DNA of 26,112 bases from Gemmatimonadales bacterium. Its GTDB lineage: Bacteria; Gemmatimonadota; Gemmatimonadetes; Gemmatimonadales; GWC2-71-9. The position numbers were made by a program, and so were the translations under genes. Under the pieces are notes generated by a model that ran no database searches, was not told the DNA's origin, and worked only from the letters and a program-made list of their open reading frames with translations. This document shows positions 8,763-16,446 of the stretch, piece after piece. The stretch covers positions 1 through 26,112 of the forward strand of contig DATHGL010000419.1 in NCBI GenBank assembly GCA_035317625.1, written 5' to 3'. Numbering within the stretch: the stretch's first letter is position 1; every line of letters starts with the position of its first letter.

Positions 8763-10385
8763 CTACCGCCCGACGATTCTCGCGAGCAACTCTACGTCGG
8801 GATCGAACACGAGCTCCACCGGTGCCGTATCGAGCGGCGGGTCGAGCGTGACCAGGGTGCTCGTCTGGGCGGTGACGTCGACGTGGGTCCGAACCCGCCG
8901 TCCAGCCGCCGTCGTGATATCGATGGTCAGCGGGAAGCGATAGTTGCCGAAGCGCGCGCCTTGGGCGATCGAGAGGATGACGCGCTTCGCTGCTGCATCG
9001 TAGACCCATGAAATGGTCAGGTCGGGGAAACCGGGCCGGCGGAGCCACTGGTCAAAGAACCAGCCGAGCGGTGTTCCGGATGAGGCTTCCAGCTCCCGGC
9101 GAAGATCGTCACTGAGCGCGTTCCCATTGCGATACCTGTCGTAGTAGCGGTGCAGGCCACGGAAGAACGCCGAGTCGCCGAGCGTGGTGCGCAGCATGTG
9201 CAACACGAAGCCACCCTTCTGATAGCTGTTCTCGTTGAGCAACGCCATCAGGTTCCGTTCCGCCGTGTCGATCACGGGCCGCTCCGCCACGACTCGACTC
9301 GACAGCACGGCGCGCCGGATCTCCTCCATCTCCGCGCGAAAGGCCGAGTCGCCGGCTGACTTCCGCGTCCAGAGCGCTGCAAAGTAGGTCGCGAAGCCTT
9401 CGGACAGCCACAGGTGCGACCATTCGGTCTCGGTCACGGCGTCGCCGAACCATTGGTGAGCAGTCTCGTGGGCTATCACTCCATCGGTCATGGTCCGCTT
9501 CCGGAATGGCTGGTCGGCGTAGAAGATCGCGCTCGCGTTCTCCATGCCGCCGAACCGGGTCGACGATTCCAGATGGGCCAGTTTTTCGTAGGGAAACGGG
9601 CCCACCAATGCTCCGAAAAGGGACACGATGTCCGCCGCGCTCCTGAATGGACCCGGAAGAAAATCTTTCATCCGCGGCTCCACATAGACCCATTGGTGGA
9701 CGCAGCGACCGACCAACGTCAGACCGCACGCGGTCTCCCCCAGGTCGTATTCGTAGAGCGGAGCGGCAGCGATCACCATGAGATAGACCGGGATCGGCTC
9801 ATTCATCCGCCAACGGGTGACGGTCCTGGGCGGGTTGGAACCGTTGACCGGAGCCTCCCCGAGACGGTCGCCGTTGGCGATGACCTTGAGGCGGCTCGGC
9901 GCGCGCACGGTCCAGCTCACGGTTGCCTTGTCGCTCGGATGATCGACACTGGGAATCCAGTGACGCCCACGGCTGGGCCAATTGTCCGCGAAAGCCGTCC
10001 AACCCCACGCGGTGTCATCCCGGATGATGAGACCGTCCGTGACCGGGCCACCGTAGCGCACGGCTATGGTCAACGTGTCGGACGACCCGGCCCGGAGCGG
10101 AATGCGGATGGTGGCGCTGTCCCGGCGGAATCGTGTCGCGCGCTCGTCGACCAGTACGCTGTCGACTCTGAGGCTCAGGAGATCGAGCACCAGCGTGTCA
10201 GTCCGGCCGGTTCGCCGAACGGTGAGCACGGCGCGCCCCTGGATGCGGTTCCCACTGTCCGGCAGATCCAGGGACAACGCGTAATCCAGCACGTCGACGC
10301 CCGGACGGTACGGCCGTGGAGAGGGGGCGGGCTGTTGGGCTGCGAGCCAACCGGCGGCGAAAAGGGTGAAGACCACGATAGTCAT
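8763..10385 (-). CDS. Secreted M1-family zinc aminopeptidase (540 aa)
   Basis: GGMEN, HETAHQWFG (HExxH), EGFATY, YQKGGFVLHMLR. ATG 10385 overlaps the kinase TGA (ATGA). The 8763..10853 ORF is over-extended at the 5' end. Confidence 0.93.
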   Translation of the reverse strand: MTIVVFTLFAAGWLAAQQPAPSPRPYRPGVDVLDYALSLDLPDSGNRIQGRAVLTVRRTGRTDTLVLDLLSLRVDSVLVDERATRFRRDSATIRIPLRAGSSDTLTIAVRYGGPVTDGLIIRDDTAWGWTAFADNWPSRGRHWIPSVDHPSDKATVSWTVRAPSRLKVIANGDRLGEAPVNGSNPPRTVTRWRMNEPIPVYLMVIAAAPLYEYDLGETACGLTLVGRCVHQWVYVEPRMKDFLPGPFRSAADIVSLFGALVGPFPYEKLAHLESSTRFGGMENASAIFYADQPFRKRTMTDGVIAHETAHQWFGDAVTETEWSHLWLSEGFATYFAALWTRKSAGDSAFRAEMEEIRRAVLSSRVVAERPVIDTAERNLMALLNENSYQKGGFVLHMLRTTLGDSAFFRGLHRYYDRYRNGNALSDDLRRELEASSGTPLGWFFDQWLRRPGFPDLTISWVYDAAAKRVILSIAQGARFGNYRFPLTIDITTAAGRRVRTHVDVTAQTSTLVTLDPPLDTAPVELVFDPDVELLARIVGR

Positions 10386-12382
10386 CCGATAGCAGCAAGC
10401 GCGTCGTGCATTTGCTCCGCGGTCTGGTATCGGTCTGCCGGCTCCTTCGCCATCGCCGTCAGAATCACCCGCGCCAATGCGTCCGGCACGTCCGGGTTGA
10501 GCGTCCGTGGATCGGGCAGCGTCCCCTCGAGGTGCTTCGCGATCAGCGCGTACGTCGTGTTGGCCTCGAACGGCAGCCGTCGCGTGAGGCACTCGAACAG
10601 CACCACGCCCGCCGCGTACAGGTCGCTGCGCGCGTCCAGCTCCATCCCGGAGAGCTGCTCGGGCGACATGTAGTCGGGCGTGCCGATCGACATCCCTTCC
10701 TTCGTCAACCCTTCGTCCTTCGAGCGATTCGCGAGCCGGGCGATGCCGAAATCCATCACCTTCAGGACGCCGCTCGGCTCGACCACGATGTTGTGGGGCT
10801 TGATGTCGCGGTGGATCACGCCCTGCTCGTGGGCCACTTCCAGCGCCCGGCACAGCTGCTTACCGATCGTGAGGGTGACGGGCACCGGCAGCGGGCCCCG
10901 CGTGCTGATCAGCTGCTTGAGCGAGGTCCCCTCCACGTACTCCATGGTGAGGTAGTACATGCCGTTCGCCTCACCCAGATCGTACGTGCGCACGACGTTA
11001 CGGTGGGCGATCTTGCGCGCCAGGCGGATCTCCTGCTTGAAGCGGTCTAACGCCACGCCGCCGCCCGCCAGCGCCTCGGGGCGGAGCGTCTTGATCGCCA
11101 CCGCCTCCTGCAGCTCGCGGTCGAACGCGCGGTACACCACGCCCATGCCGCCCATCCCGAGGATCTCCTTCACCTCGTAGCGGTTGGCGAGCAGCGTGCC
11201 CGGCTCGAGCGCGGCGCCGCCAGCCAGCAACGCCCGGCGTGCTCGCAGTGGCTCGGTGGGCACCGCCCCCGACGCGGACATCATGTACTCGACCAGCTTC
11301 GCCTTCTCCCGGAGGTCCGCCACCAGGCTCTGGAACGCCTGCGACAGCATGCCGATCTCGTCCGCTGCTCCGACGTCGATCTCCACGCTGTAATCGCCGT
11401 CCTGCACCCGGCGCGTGGCCAGCGCGAGGCGGCGGATCGGGCCCGCGATCTGTCGCGCCAGCACGTAGGCCGAGGCGAGCGCGAGCACGATACCGAGCAC
11501 GACGGCGAACCCGATCGTGCGCTGCAACACCCGGAACGCCGTCAGCTCGCGGTCCAACGAGCGGAACGCCACGAATCCGCCGAATGCGTCGCCGCCCGCC
11601 GAGCGGATGGGACTCGCAAGGCCGACGAGGTGCTCCCCCGCCACGTCCGCCGTCAGCTCCGTCCCGGCGGAGTCGCGCGGCAGCGCCTTCATGGCGGCCG
11701 TGTCCGCCACGAGCGCCGGCTCCACCGCGTCGCGCGGCAGGGTGGTCGCGACGACGGAGGGTCGATTGAGGGTGTCGAGGGCGAAGAAGACGACGTCGGT
11801 GGTGGTCGCCCGCTTGATCTGCTGGGCGAGCGTGTCGTCGATCGCGTACGCCGCGACGAGGGCGCCCTGCGGCGTCGCCGTCGGGGAGGTGCGGAGCGGC
11901 ACCGCCACGGCGATGTACAGCTTGCCCCGGCGCTCGTCCAGCCAGGCGCCGCTCGTCTGGTCGCCCGACAGGGCGTTGGCGATCAGCGCGCCGCGCGAGA
12001 GGTCGATCTCGGATTCGGCGGGAGCGTCGGTGCGGACCAGGAGAATCCCGCGCTCGTTCGTGACGAGCACCCACGCCGCTCCCAGCAGCTGGCGGTATTC
12101 CTCGGCCTGGTCGAGCACGTTGCTCCGCTCCGAGGCCTTGAGCAACCGCTCGCGGAACTGCGGCACCCCGGCCGAAACCACGCTCATTCCGGCGAACGTC
12201 GCGGTGCGCCCGGTGAGGAAGGCCTCCACGCCGCGCCGCACGCCTGCCAGCGCGCGGTGGATCGACTCGTCGGCCGTCCGGTTGGCCTGCAGCGAGGTGA
12301 GCCCGAGCGTGACGCCCTGGACGCCCGCGACCGAGAGCGTGGCCGCGATGAAGATCTTGGCGCGTAGTCCCATCCACGGCAT
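10382..12382 (-). CDS. Membrane sensor (TM - Cache-like extracytoplasmic domain - TM - HAMP) fused to a Hanks-type Ser/Thr protein kinase
   Basis: HAMP: GPIRRLALATRRVQDGDYSVEIDVGAADEIGMLSQAF. Kinase: LGMGGMGVVY, VAIK, FKQE, HRDIKPHN, DFGIAR, GTPDYMSPE. Start at 12382 or 12373. Confidence 0.92.
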   Translation of the reverse strand: MPWMGLRAKIFIAATLSVAGVQGVTLGLTSLQANRTADESIHRALAGVRRGVEAFLTGRTATFAGMSVVSAGVPQFRERLLKASERSNVLDQAEEYRQLLGAAWVLVTNERGILLVRTDAPAESEIDLSRGALIANALSGDQTSGAWLDERRGKLYIAVAVPLRTSPTATPQGALVAAYAIDDTLAQQIKRATTTDVVFFALDTLNRPSVVATTLPRDAVEPALVADTAAMKALPRDSAGTELTADVAGEHLVGLASPIRSAGGDAFGGFVAFRSLDRELTAFRVLQRTIGFAVVLGIVLALASAYVLARQIAGPIRRLALATRRVQDGDYSVEIDVGAADEIGMLSQAFQSLVADLREKAKLVEYMMSASGAVPTEPLRARRALLAGGAALEPGTLLANRYEVKEILGMGGMGVVYRAFDRELQEAVAIKTLRPEALAGGGVALDRFKQEIRLARKIAHRNVVRTYDLGEANGMYYLTMEYVEGTSLKQLISTRGPLPVPVTLTIGKQLCRALEVAHEQGVIHRDIKPHNIVVEPSGVLKVMDFGIARLANRSKDEGLTKEGMSIGTPDYMSPEQLSGMELDARSDLYAAGVVLFECLTRRLPFEANTTYALIAKHLEGTLPDPRTLNPDVPDALARVILTAMAKEPADRYQTAEQMHDALAAIG

Positions 12383-12498
12383 CGCCCGCCCCGTTGCGCG
12401 TGAGGCGTTGCAGCTTAGTGGAGTCCTACCAAAACCGCCAGGAGCCCGCGACGCGCGTCACGCCGTACGGTGGGGCGCTCACCTGACGCCGCGAACCT

Positions 12499-13656
12499 CT
12501 ACAGACTCCTCAAGAACTGCACCAGATCCGCCTGCTGTGCGGCGGTGAGTCCCAGGCTCCGGCAGCTGTTGTAATGCGTGACCACGTCGGCCAGCGTCGC
12601 GAGGCTGCCGTCGTGGTAGTAGGGCGCGCGCTGCCACAGGGCCCGCAGCGGCGTGGTCCGGTACTTTCCGGTCGTGCCCCGGGCCGCGAGGCCTGAATCG
12701 GCGCACACCTCGGAGGGATCGTGCAGGCCGAAGCCGGCGTCGGTGTACTGCGGGGGTACGTGGCAGTTGGCGCACGTCCCGGCGCCGAAGAACACCGTCT
12801 GCCCGCGCGCCGCGGCGGCGGCGTCGAAGCTCTCCGCAGGAGCGGGCGGCGCCGTGAGACTCAGCTCGTACTGCTGCAGCGCCGCGAGCTTCGGGGTCAC
12901 GAGGTCGGGATCAGCGTGCACGTCGTCGCCGGTGCGAGGATCGACGAAGCGGCCGCGGCCGTGCATCTGAGTGACCGCGACGTATGCGTTCCAATAAGGA
13001 ATGCCGCCCTCGCCCGTGTAGGTCTCGAGGTTCACGCCCGCGAGCCCGTAGGCCGGCGGGATGAGGACCGGGCCGTTCACGCCGTCGTGATTCCAGTGCG
13101 CGTCGTACCGGCCGGCACCCCACGAGGTCAGTACCGCCTGCGTCGCCGGCGCCTGCAAGGCGGGCGACAGGGACAGAATCAGCCCCGGGTTCAGGTCCCG
13201 GTTGGGCCAGCCGTCGAGCCGCCGCCCGATGCCGGACGCGAGGGAGTTGTCGACCGTCGAGTGGCACAGCGCGCAGGTGACACCGAAGCGGGTGATGGTG
13301 TTGTCGGCGTCCACGTCGGCCTGCACGCCGACGACGGCATTGAGCTTGAGCAGGACAACCGTGGTCGCCGGATCGTCGAGATTCACCTGGCCCGCCTTGA
13401 GCTGCGACACGAGGCGGTCGGGGAGCGCGGTCACGTCGACCTTGAGCCCGACCGCGAGCGCAGTCGTGGGACTCACCCCCTGGACCACCTGATTCATGTG
13501 CAACGTATCGGTCCAGAAGGCCTCGTCGCCGTAGGTGTCGAACCGGAAGATGTGCTGCCCGTCGAGCAATGTGCGCTCGATTGGAGAACTGGTAGTGGAT
13601 TCGGTGCAGGCGAGGAGACAGCCTAGGAGCGCGGCCAGCGGCCAATGATGCCTCAT
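12499..13656 (-). CDS. Di-heme c-type cytochrome lipoprotein, bacterial cytochrome c peroxidase / MauG superfamily (385 aa)
   Basis: Lipobox LLAC, heme motifs CALCH and CANCH, C-terminal YRTTPLRALWQRAPYYHDGS...DLVQFLRSL. ATG 13656 has GAGGT upstream. Confidence 0.82.
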   Translation of the reverse strand: MRHHWPLAALLGCLLACTESTTSSPIERTLLDGQHIFRFDTYGDEAFWTDTLHMNQVVQGVSPTTALAVGLKVDVTALPDRLVSQLKAGQVNLDDPATTVVLLKLNAVVGVQADVDADNTITRFGVTCALCHSTVDNSLASGIGRRLDGWPNRDLNPGLILSLSPALQAPATQAVLTSWGAGRYDAHWNHDGVNGPVLIPPAYGLAGVNLETYTGEGGIPYWNAYVAVTQMHGRGRFVDPRTGDDVHADPDLVTPKLAALQQYELSLTAPPAPAESFDAAAAARGQTVFFGAGTCANCHVPPQYTDAGFGLHDPSEVCADSGLAARGTTGKYRTTPLRALWQRAPYYHDGSLATLADVVTHYNSCRSLGLTAAQQADLVQFLRSL

Positions 13657-13694
13657 ACGAACCTCGCATTCGAGGAATTCCGACGGGTCGATCC

Positions 13695-13718
13695 AATATA
13701 ACAAGTGAACGCTTGTTA
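13695..13718 (-). promoter_or_regulatory. Extended -10 promoter (TGTTATATT) overlapped by a perfect inverted repeat TAACAAG-N6-CTTGTTA
   Basis: AT-rich island upstream of the di-heme gene. Arms at 13699-13705 and 13712-13718. Confidence 0.6.
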
Positions 13719-13756
13719 AATAGATAACGCTGCGGACCCACGAAGCGGATGGGGGG

Positions 13757-14941
13757 CTAGGCGGGGAGGCGGTTCTTCAGATCCTGCGGCTTGAGCGGAC
13801 CGGGCTGGGCGATCAATGCCCGCGCATGGTCCACCTGTCCCCAGGTGTTCCACAGGAGCACGCCGCGCACCCGGCCTTCCTTCACGTAGTAGACCACTCC
13901 CTCGCGGAACGGCTCCTTCCAATCGGCCACGGTCTCGAGGCGCGCGTCGACGTCGCCGACCGCTTCGTAGCCCAGATCGAACAAGTCGGAGTAGAAGAAC
14001 GGCAAGTGATGATAGGGAGTCGCGCGGCCCGCCATGTTGAGGCCGGCCGTCCGTCCCATGGTGTTGGCGTTGTCCTCGTGCTCTACGCGGAGCCGCGTGC
14101 CCAGCGCGGGATTCTCGAAGTTGGCCACGTCGCCAGCGGCGTAGACGTCCGGGTGGCTGGTTTGGCAGTACGCGCTCACCAGGATCCCGTTCTCCACCCG
14201 CAGCCCCCCCTGCTCGGCGAGCTCCACGTCCGGCACGATGCCGAGCCCGGCGACCACCACCTCGGCCGTGAGCTCGCCCCCCGTCGTCGTGTGAACCACG
14301 CAGGAGCCGACCCGCCGGTCGAGCCCCGCCATGCCCTCCCCCGTCCGCATGGTGACGCCCTTCTCGCGGTAGTAGTCCACCAGGAAGCGAGCCAGGTCAG
14401 GGGGAAACACGCGCGCGCCCAGGCCCGCCTCGGGGACGAGCATCGTGACGTCGCGTCCCTGCAGGCGCAGCGCCGCGGCGACCTCGCTCCCGATGAATCC
14501 GCCGCCCATGACGGCGAAGCGCACATTCTGACCCGCGAGGGCGCGCAAGCGGCGGTAGTCGTCCAGCGTGCGGAAGTAGATGATCTGGTCGCTCGTCAGC
14601 GACACCCGCCGCGGCTGGCCGCCGGTCGCGAGCAGCAGCTTCCGGAACCGGTAGACCGTGCCGCGGTCGTCGGTGGCCCTGTGCCCCGCTGGATCGAGCG
14701 CCGTGACCCGCCGCCCGAGGTGCTGCGTGGCGCCGGTCTCGCTCGTGGTGCGCCAGATGCTCGCTTCGGGCTCGCCCTTCCACAGGGCCTTGGAGAGCGG
14801 CGGCCGGTTGTAGGGCGGATGCGGCTCGGCACCGATCAGGCCGATCGACCCCTTGGGGTCCACCTCGCGGATGGCGTGCGCGGCGGCGTCGGCAGTCATG
14901 CCGCCGCCGACGATGAGGTAAGCGTAGTCCGTACCGGTCAC
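13757..14941 (-). CDS. FAD/NAD(P)H-dependent oxidoreductase (ferredoxin reductase / monodehydroascorbate reductase-like)
   Basis: YLIVGGGMTA, LLLATGG, GGGFIGSE, YAAGDVA, PFFYSDLF. GTG 14941 has GGAGGAG upstream. Alternative GTG at 14953. Confidence 0.9.
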   Translation of the reverse strand: MTGTDYAYLIVGGGMTADAAAHAIREVDPKGSIGLIGAEPHPPYNRPPLSKALWKGEPEASIWRTTSETGATQHLGRRVTALDPAGHRATDDRGTVYRFRKLLLATGGQPRRVSLTSDQIIYFRTLDDYRRLRALAGQNVRFAVMGGGFIGSEVAAALRLQGRDVTMLVPEAGLGARVFPPDLARFLVDYYREKGVTMRTGEGMAGLDRRVGSCVVHTTTGGELTAEVVVAGLGIVPDVELAEQGGLRVENGILVSAYCQTSHPDVYAAGDVANFENPALGTRLRVEHEDNANTMGRTAGLNMAGRATPYHHLPFFYSDLFDLGYEAVGDVDARLETVADWKEPFREGVVYYVKEGRVRGVLLWNTWGQVDHARALIAQPGPLKPQDLKNRLPA

Positions 14942-14959
14942 GGCTCCTCCCACGGGCGT

Positions 14960-14989
14960 TTCTAAGGAGAATATACGCCGTCTTTAGAA
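14960..14989. promoter_or_regulatory. Candidate operator TTCTAAGGA-N12-TCTTTAGAA flanking a minus-strand TATATT -10
   Basis: 8 of 9 bp inverted repeat (14960-14968 and 14981-14989). AATATA at 14970-14975 lies in the spacer. Sits between divergent reductase and regulator genes. Confidence 0.6.
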
Positions 14990-15030
14990 GTATGGATCGC
15001 GCGGCGGACCGACGACTGTAGATTGTACGC

Positions 15031-15759
15031 GTGCACGCCTCCGAGCGCGAAGATCCGATCGCGGCCATTGCGTCGCTCGCCGAACCGATCCGGAGGGGCC
15101 TTTATCGCTACGTCGCCCGGCAGCAGCGCGATGTGGGTCGGGACGAAGCGGCCCGGGCGCTGGGCATCTCACGCGCCCTCGCCGCGTTCCATCTCGACAA
15201 GCTCGTCCGGCAGGGGCTCCTGGAGACCTCCTACCGCCGCCTGACGCGCCGGCGCGGGCCGGGCGCGGGTCGGCCGGCCAAGCTGTACCACTGCTCGTCC
15301 CGCCAGCTCGACGTCACGCTGCCGCCCCGCCGCTACGAGCTCGCCGGCCGCATGCTGGCCCGGGCGCTCACGGCGGCTGCGTCGCCCGCCACGCGCCGGG
15401 CGCTCACGCGCGCGGCACGCGCCGCGGGCCGGAGTCTCGGCGCCGAAGCGCGCCGCCGCGCCGACCGCGCCGACCGCGCCGGCCGCGCCGCGGGCGCGGA
15501 CCGCCTGTTGGCGAACACCCTCGCTATGCTCGAGGAGTGCGGCTACGCTCCGGCGCGCGGCAACGGCGTCGTACGACTCCGGAACTGCCCGTTCGACGCC
15601 CTCGCCAACGACTGCCGGCCGCTCGTGTGCGGGATGAACCTCACCTTGCTGCGCGGCGCGCTCGCGGCCGCCGGAGCGCGCGGCGTACGGGCGGAGCTCC
15701 GACCGGAGCCGGGGTCATGTTGCGTGATCTTGAAGACCACCCGCCACTCGACGCGCTGA
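15031..15759 (+). CDS. HTH transcriptional regulator with Cys-rich C-terminus (COG2345 / SufR-like ArsR-type)
   Basis: LAEPIRRGLY...FHLDKLVRQGLL...GRPAKLY winged HTH, then NCPF, CRPLVCGMN and SCCV. TAGATT lies 6 nt before the GTG. Confidence 0.88.
   Translation: MHASEREDPIAAIASLAEPIRRGLYRYVARQQRDVGRDEAARALGISRALAAFHLDKLVRQGLLETSYRRLTRRRGPGAGRPAKLYHCSSRQLDVTLPPRRYELAGRMLARALTAAASPATRRALTRAARAAGRSLGAEARRRADRADRAGRAAGADRLLANTLAMLEECGYAPARGNGVVRLRNCPFDALANDCRPLVCGMNLTLLRGALAAAGARGVRAELRPEPGSCCVILKTTRHSTR
15460..15486 (+). repeat. Three tandem 9-bp units (GCCGACCGC x2, GCCGGCCGC) encoding ADR-ADR-AGR
   Basis: Read directly in the regulator linker region. Confidence 0.7.
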
Positions 15760-15787
15760 AACCCCCGCCCCACACTCGCCGCTTACC

Positions 15788-15946
15788 TCACTCGCTCTCC
15801 CCGGGCGGACGCCGATGCTTCGCCTGCCGCTGATACTGTTTGGCCGAGCGATGCACCTTGTGCGACGGCGTCTTGAGCCGCCCCTTCACCGGCGCCTCCG
15901 GATTCGGTACCCGCACGGTCATTTTGTCTTTCTTGCGGCGGGTCAC
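15788..15946 (-). CDS. 52-aa basic small protein, candidate ArfA/BrfA-like ribosome rescue factor
   Basis: MTRRKKDKMTVRVPNPEAPVKGRLKTPSHKVHRSAKQYQRQAKHRRPPGESE. GTG start overlaps the DinB-like TGA (GTGA). 43 of 52 codons end in G/C. 16 K/R versus 4 D/E. Confidence is for the CDS; the function is less certain. Confidence 0.72.
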   Translation of the reverse strand: MTRRKKDKMTVRVPNPEAPVKGRLKTPSHKVHRSAKQYQRQAKHRRPPGESE

Positions 15947-16446
15947 GACGCGAGCCGAGCGCGGATCTGCTTGGCGTGATGCGCGCAGTGCCGCACGTGA
16001 AACCGCTGCCATTCGGGCAAGGTGAGATCGCCGAACGCCGGATGCTTCACGAAGAGATCGTCGCGGCGAGCGGGCAGGAGCTCGCGCGCGAGCGTGAGAA
16101 AACGAGCCACGCCGTCCCGCAGCTGCCGCTCCACCGCGCCGGCATCCGGTGCCTCCGCCGGGCGGGTGGCCTCCGGGGCCGGGCGGCCCGAGGGAATCCA
16201 CCCGATATCGAGATACAGCACCTGGCCGAGCCGTTGCCACGCCGAGCGCGGCCGACGGCGCATCGCCGGCTTGGCGCGCCGCTCTTCGAACAGGCGGCCG
16301 CTGGCCTCGAGCGAGATGGCGAGGTGGTGGACGATCTGGACGGGCGTCCACTTGCCCGGCGGGGCACGGTGCCAGTCCGCCTCAGGCCGGCCCACGAGCG
16401 GCCCGAGCACCACGTCGGGAATCGTGGCAAACCCGGCCGGCGTCAT
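15943..16446 (-). CDS. DinB / DinB_2 superfamily protein
   Basis: GKWTPVQIVHHL and HPAFGDLTLPEWQRFHVRHCAHHAKQI (His triad pattern). ATGA overlap with the upstream gene. Confidence 0.85.
   Translation of the reverse strand: MTPAGFATIPDVVLGPLVGRPEADWHRAPPGKWTPVQIVHHLAISLEASGRLFEERRAKPAMRRRPRSAWQRLGQVLYLDIGWIPSGRPAPEATRPAEAPDAGAVERQLRDGVARFLTLARELLPARRDDLFVKHPAFGDLTLPEWQRFHVRHCAHHAKQIRARLAS

Noticed and set aside
12441-12498. Palindromes and possible stem-loops between the di-heme and kinase genes (GACGCGCGTC, GCGTCA...TGACGC)
   Set aside because: Short GC-only pairings are expected by chance here. There is no U-tract and no recognisable ncRNA or riboswitch motif.
15460-15486. 9-bp tandem repeat as a phase-variation locus
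   Set aside because: The unit length is a multiple of 3, there are only 2-3 copies, and it lies in a linker, so length change would not switch expression.
15760-15810. CCGCCC/GGGCGG pairing near the end of the small ORF as a non-stop-generating hairpin
   Set aside because: Only 6 bp with a 32-nt loop and no U-tract, too weak to call a terminator or RNase III site.
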